A stretch of 24,000 bases of DNA from Anaerolineales bacterium. GTDB lineage: Bacteria; Chloroflexota; Anaerolineae; Anaerolineales; UBA4823. Positions within the stretch are counted from its first letter, which is position 1. Each line of letters begins with the position of its first letter. This document shows positions 1 through 6,597 of the stretch, piece after piece. Where the stretch lies: NCBI GenBank assembly GCA_016935755.1, contig JAFGQI010000076.1, positions 22,584 through 46,583 of the forward strand, read 5' to 3'. The position numbers were made by a program, and so were the translations under genes. The notes beneath the pieces are model-generated. The model ran no database searches. It had not been told where the DNA came from and saw only the letters and a program-made list of their open reading frames with translations.

Positions 1-679
1 CATTCTTGCGCTTTTCCGCGCTGGTGAAGGCGCCTGCCTCGTGGCCGAACAGCTCTGACTCGAGCACGGTGCTCTGGATGGCAGCGCAGTTGATGGCGAC
101 AAAGGGCCGGTTTGCTCGCGGGCCCATCTGGTGGATAGCGTTGGCCAATACTTCTTTGCCGGTGCCTGTCTCGCCGGTGATCAGCACGGATACCGAAGCT
201 TCCGCCGCCCGCTGGGCCTGGTCCACCAGGATCTGCATGGCGGGCGTGGAGCCAACGATGAAATCTAGCTGCTCCTGGCGGGACTGGCGCAGGTGCGCCA
301 GTTCACGGCGCATGGCGACGATTTCTGTCGCTCGCAGGATGGATTTTTCCAGTTGCGCCAGCTTGATCGGCTTTTGCAGGAAGTCATGGGCGCCGTTCTT
401 CATCGCTTCCACCGCCATATCAATGTCGCCGTTGCCAGTGATCAGGATGATCGGTGGGCGCATGGGCAGCGATGCGGTTTCTTCCAGCAGGTGGGGGCCA
501 TGCCCATCGGGGAGCAGCACATCCAGCAGGATAATATCGGCGTTGTTCAATTGGAGACACCGGCGCGCTTCTGCCAATGTGGCTACCCCGATCGTTTCAT
601 AGCCGCGCGGGTTTAGAAAGGTGATGATCTCCTCGCGGGCGTGTTCTTCGTCATCTACAATCAATACGGTTGCGCTCAT
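1..679 (-). CDS. Sigma-54-dependent response regulator (NtrC family bEBP), 5' portion only; the gene continues beyond the left edge
   Basis: Absent from the ORF track because no stop lies in the window. Reverse-strand translation from ATG (679-677) reads MSATVLIVDDEEHAREEIITFLNPRGYE...DIILLDVLLPDGHG (receiver), then ...ASVSVLITGETGTGKEVLANAIHQMGPRANRPFVAINCAAI...ESELFGHEAGAFTSAEKRKN (AAA+ Walker A and a GAFTGA-type sigma-54 contact loop). GAGGGA SD lies 4-5 nt upstream. The start is 8 nt after the upstream kinase stop. Confidence 0.9.
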   Translation of the reverse strand, partial: MSATVLIVDDEEHAREEIITFLNPRGYETIGVATLAEARRCLQLNNADIILLDVLLPDGHGPHLLEETASLPMRPPIILITGNGDIDMAVEAMKNGAHDFLQKPIKLAQLEKSILRATEIVAMRRELAHLRQSRQEQLDFIVGSTPAMQILVDQAQRAAEASVSVLITGETGTGKEVLANAIHQMGPRANRPFVAINCAAIQSTVLESELFGHEAGAFTSAEKRKN

Positions 680-686
680 GGATCCC

Positions 687-2282
687 TCAATCTTCAGGTT
701 CAGATACAGGTAAGTGAATATAGAACACCGTCGCGCCGGGGAAGCTGGTCAGGTGTATGCTGCCCTTATGAGCAGAGATAATTTGTTTGACGATCGGCAG
801 TCCCAGGCCGGTGCCGGTGCGTTTGGTGGTGTAAAACGGCTGAAAGATGCGCTCCTGCTCTTCTTTGGGGATGCCCGGGCCGGTATCCGCCACGCCGACC
901 TCCAGGTAGGGCCGCCCTTCTGGCGATAGGATGGTTTTCAGCTTGATAATCAGTTCGCCGCCGTCATTCATCGCCTCCAGCGAGTTGGTGATCAGGTTGG
1001 TAAACACCTGTTCCAGGGCGCGCAGGTTGCCAGCCACCGGTGGACAGTCCGCCTCGAATTGGAGGTTGAGGCGCACATTCAAACGCGTGATGCGCGGCTG
1101 CAGCCGGTCGAGCAGGCGCTCCAGGATCACGGCAAGATCCACCAGTTCCATCTCATATTCGGTGGGCCGGGAGTACGCCAGCACGGCTTTGACCAGTCCC
1201 TCTATCCGGTCGCAGTCCTGCAGCATCTTGGCGAGTTTCCCCTGGAGAGGGTCTCCATCTGGCAGGCTCAAGGCCATGTTCTGCAGCCCCAGGCTGATGT
1301 TATTCACCGGGTTGCGCACTTCGTGGGCGAAGGCAGCCGTCACTTCTCCCAGGCTGGCTCTCTGTTCAAGCTGCTGGGTTTGCATGCGCATCAATTCTTT
1401 TTCGCTCAAGTCCTGCAGCATGATCAGGATATTTTCCACCTGCTCCTGGTTTGAGAGCGGGAAAATTTTCAGCAGAGCCAAAAAATCTTCTCCGTTGCGG
1501 CGGTATAAATGGGTTGCGCCCAGGTTATAAGTGGCGAAGCCTTTTTGGGCGTCGGTCAGCGCCATGGGCAGCGCCTCGCTGCCGATCAAGATCTGTTCTG
1601 CCGGCTGGTCAATGGCTTCGCGGTTGTTGAAACCGAGCAGCATTTCGGCGGCGTGGTTCAGCCACTTTATCCTCAGGTCCGGCGAGAGCAGCAGCACGCC
1701 CTCGGTTAGGTTTTCGTTCAATGTGTTCAGAAGCGTATCCAGCAGCCGCTGGCTTTCCACGGTTTTTTGCAGTTCCTTATATCTGGCGTGCTGCTGGATC
1801 AGCGAGGTCAGTGTGGCTGCCAGCAGGCTCAACCTGGGCAGGATTTCTTCGCCCGGTGGTTGGCTTTGATCGGCTGCCACCACCAGCCCGATGCAGGCAT
1901 TGGGCTGCCCCAGCGGGGCCATGGCGACATAGGTCAGATCGGCTTTGCGCGCTGCCCGGCGCAGGGTGGAATCCACCCGGTTCCAGGTAATCCATAATTT
2001 GGGTTTGGTCAGCCCAGCCAGTTCATGGGCGGACAGCTGTTCTGGCAGGAGGTGGTACTGCCCACAGCCGCCCAGCAGCTGCAGGGTGGGGAGACGATCT
2101 TGAGCCTGGTAAACCGCCAGAAGGCTGGCGCCCGTCAAGCTGCTGCCGCCATCCAGGGCTGTTTGCAGGGCGGCGGTTAGATCATTCTCCTGGCTGGCGC
2201 TTGCCAGGCTGGTCAGGTTTTCCCAGGGCGGTGGATGCTGCGCGCCGGAACTCTCTTCTGGCGGTTTGTCCTCAGTCTTCAA
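687..2282 (-). CDS. Soluble sensor histidine kinase (GAF-like N-terminus, PAS, NtrB-type HisKA, HATPase_c)
   Basis: 531-aa ORF. H-box is LGEVTAAFAHEVRNPVNNI. N-box is TNLITNSLEAM. G-boxes are DTGPGIP and GTGLGLPIV. PAS-like segment is EGVLLLSPDLRIKWLNHAAEMLLGF. No hydrophobic TM segment. TTG start with a GGAG SD 7 nt upstream; the start overlaps the rpoN stop as TTGA. Confidence 0.9.
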   Translation of the reverse strand: MKTEDKPPEESSGAQHPPPWENLTSLASASQENDLTAALQTALDGGSSLTGASLLAVYQAQDRLPTLQLLGGCGQYHLLPEQLSAHELAGLTKPKLWITWNRVDSTLRRAARKADLTYVAMAPLGQPNACIGLVVAADQSQPPGEEILPRLSLLAATLTSLIQQHARYKELQKTVESQRLLDTLLNTLNENLTEGVLLLSPDLRIKWLNHAAEMLLGFNNREAIDQPAEQILIGSEALPMALTDAQKGFATYNLGATHLYRRNGEDFLALLKIFPLSNQEQVENILIMLQDLSEKELMRMQTQQLEQRASLGEVTAAFAHEVRNPVNNISLGLQNMALSLPDGDPLQGKLAKMLQDCDRIEGLVKAVLAYSRPTEYEMELVDLAVILERLLDRLQPRITRLNVRLNLQFEADCPPVAGNLRALEQVFTNLITNSLEAMNDGGELIIKLKTILSPEGRPYLEVGVADTGPGIPKEEQERIFQPFYTTKRTGTGLGLPIVKQIISAHKGSIHLTSFPGATVFYIHLPVSEPED

Positions 2283-3787
2283 GCAGAACTCCGTTGTGGC
2301 TGCGATTCTGAAAGCGGGATGCGTGAAAAGGCTGGTTTCTTCGATTCTGGGCGCGCTTTGCGTGGGCGCGCCAGCGGCTCCGATTTTGCATGTGGTTTAC
2401 GCAAGCGTGCTGGCAAGATGCCTTCCATGGCGCGGTACTTGGCGACCGTACGGCGGGCAACATCGTAGCCTTGCGCCATCAGCATTTTGGCCAGTTGGGC
2501 GTCGCTGAGCGGTTTTTCTTCTGCCGCGATCAGCTGCATCAGCACTGTGCGGATGTGCAGGCTGCGATCAAACATCCGCGCAAGCGGGACGATGCGCTTA
2601 TTCGGCAGTTCAACCGTCTTCCCGGCCACGGCGCGTGAAACAGTGGATTCATGCACCCCAAGCTCCTGGGCTAACTGCGCCCGGGTGGCTGGATAAAGAT
2701 GCGCATCGCCCTCCAGGATAAAGGATCGCTGCAGCGTCATCAACCGGCGCATGAGGCGCACCAGGGTATGGTTGCGCTGCTGGAGACATTTTACCAGCAG
2801 AGTGGCGCCTTCCAGATCGGACTGCCATTGAGAGGTTTTGTCGACCGGCGCCTGGTGCAGCGCCTCGCGGAAAAGCGGGTTCACGCGTAAAGAACCAGCA
2901 TAGGGGGCGATCACCTCCACCACCAGCGGGCTTTCCTGTTTGTCATTCAGGCGGGTGACAATAATATCTGCATTATAGTAAATATCCGTGCTGCGATAAT
3001 CCTGGTTCGTTTCGCCCCAATGAGCGCGCGCCGGGTAAGGGTTCAGGTTCTCACTGATGAAATTGACAATGCGCCGGGCTTCGCCGGTGGTAACCTGCAG
3101 CAGGTGGGCCAGATCGCTGTAAGCGCGCCGGCTGAGCAGATTCATGCCCTGTCGGATGGCCTGGGCTGCCAGTTCGGGTACGCGGCGAGTTTCTGCCAGA
3201 AGCTCAAGCTGCACCAGCAAGGCCTCCTGGGGCGTGGCGCAGCCTACGCCAATCGGGTCGGCGCGCTGGATCAGGTGGAGCACTTTCTCCAGCCGCGCCA
3301 GGGGTACATGATGGTAGCGGGCAATTTCAATGAGCGGGATGCGCAGCAGCCCATCCTCATCCAGGCTGGTCAGGATATGCGCCGCCAGATGGCGGTCAGC
3401 CTGCTCCAGTTCTGGGGCAATCTGGCGCAAAACATAGGAAGATAAATCCTCCGCCTCTGCGGTCCATTCCTCCGGCGGGGTATCATTTTCGGGCAGGCGG
3501 CTGCCCCCAACGGCGAAATCACGGCGCGGGGATAGGAACACGATCGGTTCATCCGTCTGCGGGTTGGGCGGGGCGCTGCAGATCGGGCAGGGCCCTGAAG
3601 CAGGCAAGAGCCTGTGGCAGTGCGGGCAGCGCGGCTCTTCGATCAGTTCCAGGGCAGGGTTGGAAGACAGCGCTGCTTCGATCTTCTGGAGCAGTTCAAC
3701 CGCGGTCATTTCCAGCAAGGACATGGTTTGCGCCATATGGGCGGTGGCGTTCGTACGAGTCGAAAGATTCTGAGATTGAATGAGCAT
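2279..3787 (-). CDS. rpoN: RNA polymerase sigma-54 factor RpoN
   Basis: 502-aa ORF. Region-I-like N-terminus (LLEMTAVELLQKIEAALSSNPALE). HTH is ELGVHESTVSRAVAGK. RpoN box is ARRTVAKYR, near the C-terminus. GAGGA SD 7 nt upstream of the ATG. Confidence 0.92.
   Translation of the reverse strand: MLIQSQNLSTRTNATAHMAQTMSLLEMTAVELLQKIEAALSSNPALELIEEPRCPHCHRLLPASGPCPICSAPPNPQTDEPIVFLSPRRDFAVGGSRLPENDTPPEEWTAEAEDLSSYVLRQIAPELEQADRHLAAHILTSLDEDGLLRIPLIEIARYHHVPLARLEKVLHLIQRADPIGVGCATPQEALLVQLELLAETRRVPELAAQAIRQGMNLLSRRAYSDLAHLLQVTTGEARRIVNFISENLNPYPARAHWGETNQDYRSTDIYYNADIIVTRLNDKQESPLVVEVIAPYAGSLRVNPLFREALHQAPVDKTSQWQSDLEGATLLVKCLQQRNHTLVRLMRRLMTLQRSFILEGDAHLYPATRAQLAQELGVHESTVSRAVAGKTVELPNKRIVPLARMFDRSLHIRTVLMQLIAAEEKPLSDAQLAKMLMAQGYDVARRTVAKYRAMEGILPARLRKPHAKSEPLARPRKARPESKKPAFSRIPLSESQPQRSSA
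3578..3628 (-). other. Cys4 zinc-ribbon-like insert (CPHC-X9-CPIC) at the region II position of RpoN
   Basis: Residues 54-70 read C-P-H-C-HRLLPASGP-C-P-I-C, directly after the region I helix and before the core-binding domain. Confidence 0.6.
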
Positions 3788-3864
3788 CTAGGCATCCTCG
3801 AGCAATACGGATAGAGATCATCTCGCACCTGAGAATTTTCTGGAGATGAAAACTATCCGCGCTT

Positions 3865-3893
3865 ATTATAGCTTGATGCAATATTTATGCCAA
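3865..3893 (-). promoter_or_regulatory. Sigma-70-type promoter for the rpoN-kinase-bEBP operon
   Basis: The minus strand reads TTGGCA (3893-3888), a 17-nt spacer, then TATAAT (3870-3865). This lies about 78 nt upstream of the rpoN ATG, inside an AT-rich divergent intergenic region. Confidence 0.5.
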
Positions 3894-3970
3894 TCATTTT
3901 CGGGCTGATTTGTGAATATTGGTCTTGATAGAGCCTGTTTTTTGAATTAATATGCTTTTTGTCCGGTCAG

Positions 3971-3986
3971 AGGGGTGACTTTTGCG
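3971..3986 (+). promoter_or_regulatory. Weak candidate sigma-54 -24/-12 element upstream of the proline dehydrogenase gene
   Basis: AGGGGTGACTTTTGCG has GG and GC at the canonical 12-nt register with an exact TTGC at -12. The -24 half matches only GG of TGGCAC. Confidence 0.2.
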
Positions 3987-4008
3987 CGATGAGTTTACCT
4001 GCCCAGGA

Positions 4009-4017
4009 TGCTAAAAT
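4009..4017 (+). promoter_or_regulatory. Candidate extended -10 promoter (TGcTAAAAT) for the proline dehydrogenase gene
   Basis: TG-n-TAAAAT lies 47 nt upstream of ATG 4064. No convincing -35 element. Confidence 0.3.
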
Positions 4018-4063
4018 ATAGAAAATATCCTTCTTATCAGGCTGAGAACAAAGGGAAAAATCT

Positions 4064-5026
4064 ATGTTGCGATCATTTTTGATCTACCTGTCAAAAGCGG
4101 TATGGGCGCGGCAGCTGGTGACCCGTTGGAAATTTGCCTGGCGGGCGGCCTCGCGCTTTATCGCCGGCGAGAAGCTCGAAGATGCTATCCAGGCCATCCG
4201 CGTTCTGAACGAGAAAGGCATCAATGCGACCCTGGATCACCTGGGTGAGAATACTGCTACTATAGAAGATGCTCGCAAAGCCACACAGGATATCATCGAT
4301 GCGATCGATGCGATTGAAAAAGCGGGGGTGCGCGCCAATGTCTCTGTCAAGCTGACACAGATCGGCCTGGCGTTGGGGGAAGAATTATGCGCCGAAAACC
4401 TGGAACGCATCCTGCGGCACGCCGATCAGTACGGCAATTATGTGCGCGTAGATATGGAAGATTCGACCTGCGTGGATGGCACCTTGGGCCTGTTCCAGCG
4501 CATGCGCCATACCTGCTCCCTGGCTAACACAGGCATTGTGATCCAGGCTTACCTCTATCGCAGCGAGCAGGACGTGCGCCTGATCCTGACGGATGGAGGC
4601 CGGATCAGGCTGTGTAAGGGCGCTTACAAAGAGCCGCCCGATGTGGCGTTTCCCAAGAAGAAGGATGTGGATGCCAACTTTGACCGCCTGACTGAAATTA
4701 TGATTGACGGCGCCCTGGCGCATGGCTCGCCCGCGCTGAGCCAGGATGGCAGGATCCCGCCCATCCCGGCGATTGGTTCCCATGACCCGAACCGGCTGGC
4801 GTATGCCAAAGCATACGCTCAAAAAGTGGGCCTGCCCAAGCAAGCGCTCGAATTCCAGATGCTGCATGGCATCCGGCGTGACCTGCAGGAGCAGACGGTG
4901 CAGGAAGGTTATCCGGTCCGGATCTACGTGCCTTATGGCACAGAATGGTATCCGTATTTCATGCGCCGCCTGGCAGAACGACCGGCGAATGTGTGGTTCT
5001 TCATCTCGAATTTCTTCCGCAGGTAA
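4064..5026 (+). CDS. Proline dehydrogenase (monofunctional, Thermus/Bacillus type)
   Basis: 320-aa ORF carrying ProDH family blocks: LDHLGE, VSVKLTQIGL, VRVDMEDS, IQAYLYRS, IRLCKGAYKEP, GSHDP, EFQMLHGIRRDLQ and YVPYGTEWYPYFMRRLAERPANV. Confidence 0.9.
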   Translation: MLRSFLIYLSKAVWARQLVTRWKFAWRAASRFIAGEKLEDAIQAIRVLNEKGINATLDHLGENTATIEDARKATQDIIDAIDAIEKAGVRANVSVKLTQIGLALGEELCAENLERILRHADQYGNYVRVDMEDSTCVDGTLGLFQRMRHTCSLANTGIVIQAYLYRSEQDVRLILTDGGRIRLCKGAYKEPPDVAFPKKKDVDANFDRLTEIMIDGALAHGSPALSQDGRIPPIPAIGSHDPNRLAYAKAYAQKVGLPKQALEFQMLHGIRRDLQEQTVQEGYPVRIYVPYGTEWYPYFMRRLAERPANVWFFISNFFRR

Positions 5027-5068
5027 GCGCAGAAATATCGCGCCTGAATAGAATTCAAGCCGGTTCAA

Positions 5069-5107
5069 GCCGGATGATCCTGATACAGGATGCATCCGGC
5101 TTTTTTT
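5069..5107 (+). terminator. Rho-independent terminator after the proline dehydrogenase gene
   Basis: GCCGGATGATCC (5069-5080) pairs with GGATGCATCCGGC (5088-5100) with one bulged G. The loop is 7 nt and a T7 run follows (5101-5107). Confidence 0.8.
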
Positions 5108-5152
5108 GCCTGAAGCATTAACCGCCTTATTAACAGAAGTATTGTCGGGTTA

Positions 5153-5161
5153 TGGTATCAT
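5153..5161 (+). promoter_or_regulatory. Extended -10 promoter (TGgTATCAT) placed for a leaderless DinB-like transcript
   Basis: The -10 hexamer ends at 5161 and the ATG A is at 5168, 7 nt downstream. There is no SD between them. Confidence 0.4.
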
Positions 5162-5167
5162 GGCGGC

Positions 5168-5698
5168 ATGACCCAAATGGTTGAGGCGACTGATCGGCTG
5201 GCTGAACGTCTGATCAGCGAAGGTCAGAAGACCTGCGCCTTTTTTGAGGCGCTGTCATCAGATCAATTGGAGCAGGCGCTCTATACCGCTGGCGCTGGCT
5301 GGACGATCCGACAGGCGCTGGCGCATTTCGTCGCCGCCGAAGCTGGATTTCGCCAGATCATGGAAGATATCCTGGCTGGCGGGACAGGCGCGCCGGAGCA
5401 GTTTGATCTGGAGACCTACAATGATAAGCACGTGGCAATGTTAGCAGACACTCCAGCTGCAGAATTGATCGTGCAGTTTCGATTCCAGCGCCAGATGAAT
5501 ATCAACCTGGTGCAGAAAATGACCTCAGCCGACCTGCTCAAGACTGGCCGGCATCCTTACCTGGGTATGACCAGCATGCAGGAGATCATCCAACTGCTCT
5601 ACCGCCATAATCAGATACACCAACGAGATATCCGCCGGATGCTGGCTGGATCTCAAGATCAGCAGGCGCAGCCGGGAGATATGCATGGAGTCTCTTAG
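5168..5698 (+). CDS. DinB-family (DinB_2-like four-helix-bundle) protein
   Basis: 176 aa. His-containing motifs are spaced as in DinB/YfiT-type proteins (QALAHFVAAEAGF ... LLYRHNQIHQRDIRRM). Confidence 0.65.
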   Translation: MTQMVEATDRLAERLISEGQKTCAFFEALSSDQLEQALYTAGAGWTIRQALAHFVAAEAGFRQIMEDILAGGTGAPEQFDLETYNDKHVAMLADTPAAELIVQFRFQRQMNINLVQKMTSADLLKTGRHPYLGMTSMQEIIQLLYRHNQIHQRDIRRMLAGSQDQQAQPGDMHGVS

Positions 5699-6590
5699 GC
5701 TGTTTATCCGCCTGACAAGGCCGATATTTTTGCTGGGGGCGGCGATGCTGTATGCCCTGGGCGTGGGGATCGCCCACTACCTGGGCGCCAGGGTGGATCT
5801 GCTGGTCTACCTGCTGGGGCAGGCCTGGGTCAGCCTGCTGCAGCTAAGCGCCCAGTATCTGAACGAATACTTCAACGCCCCAGCCGACCAGAATAATCCC
5901 CAGCGCACCTTCCTGACTGGCGGCAGCGGCGCCATCGGGCCGGGCAAGCTGGATCGGCAGGTCGCCTTGATGGCGGCCTATACCTGCCTGGCTGTATTGG
6001 CTTCATTAACTGTATTGATCATCGCTCGCATAAAACTGGGTGCGCCGGTCTATCTGATCATGGCTCTGGCCTTTCTGGGCGCCCTCTTTTACTCAACCCC
6101 GCCGATAAAACTGGAGGGCACGGGCTACGGCGAACTGGTCACCTCCGTGCTGTTGGCTTTTATGGTGCCTGCCTTTGCCTTCCTGCTGCAAGAAGGCGAG
6201 CTTCATCGGCTGGTGGCGATGAGCGCCTTTCCGCTGACTGCCATGCACCTGGCTATGCTGCTGGCGTTTGAGCTGCCCGATTATGCCACCGACCTCAAGT
6301 ATGGCAAGCGCACCTTGTTGGTGCGGATTGGCTGGCAGAATGGCATGCTCATGCACAACCTGCTGATCTTGAGCGCCTTTTTACTGCTGGGGGCAGCTTC
6401 GCTTTTTGGATACCCTTCCTTTGCCATGTGGTCGGGGCTGCTGGCGCTCCCCATCGGCCTGGTGCAGATCTGGCAGATGCGCCGGGTTGCCGATGGCGCC
6501 AAACCGAATTGGAATGCGCTGACGGTGATCGCCCTGACTTCCTTTAGTTTGATGGTTTACTTAATCACTTTTTCTTTTTGGATCAATTAG
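5685..6590 (+). CDS. UbiA-superfamily prenyltransferase (MenA-like polytopic membrane protein)
   Basis: 301 aa with about 8-9 hydrophobic helices. First motif is LNEYFNAPAD; second motif is ELPDYATDLKYGKRTL. A MenA-like YSTPPIKLEGTGYGEL block is present. GGGAGA SD. The start overlaps the DinB-like gene by 14 nt. Confidence 0.8.
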   Translation: MESLRLFIRLTRPIFLLGAAMLYALGVGIAHYLGARVDLLVYLLGQAWVSLLQLSAQYLNEYFNAPADQNNPQRTFLTGGSGAIGPGKLDRQVALMAAYTCLAVLASLTVLIIARIKLGAPVYLIMALAFLGALFYSTPPIKLEGTGYGELVTSVLLAFMVPAFAFLLQEGELHRLVAMSAFPLTAMHLAMLLAFELPDYATDLKYGKRTLLVRIGWQNGMLMHNLLILSAFLLLGAASLFGYPSFAMWSGLLALPIGLVQIWQMRRVADGAKPNWNALTVIALTSFSLMVYLITFSFWIN

Positions 6591-6597
6591 TGAGCTT

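Noticed and set aside
6-616. Plus-strand ORFs 6..602 (198 aa) and 293..616 (107 aa)
   Set aside because: They are antisense to a clear NtrC-type receiver/AAA+ reading frame. Their composition is Ala/Arg/Ser-rich and low complexity, as expected of the off-frame of GC-rich coding DNA, and they contain no recognisable motif.
3920-3934. Second GG-N10-GC match (TGGTCTTGATAGAGC) as a sigma-54 promoter
   Set aside because: Only the invariant dinucleotides match. The -12 element reads GAGC instead of TTGC and the -24 element reads TGGTCT. Matches of this quality are expected by chance.
4385-5095. 236-aa minus-strand ORF opposite the proline dehydrogenase gene
   Set aside because: It lies entirely antisense to a gene with strong family motifs, has no SD and no recognisable domain, and would run through the plus-strand terminator.
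6591-6597. Moco riboswitch upstream of the moeA genes
   Set aside because: There is no untranslated space. moeA starts 7 nt after the UbiA-family stop, and the other junctions overlap. No conserved Moco-motif-like structure was seen upstream of 5168 either.
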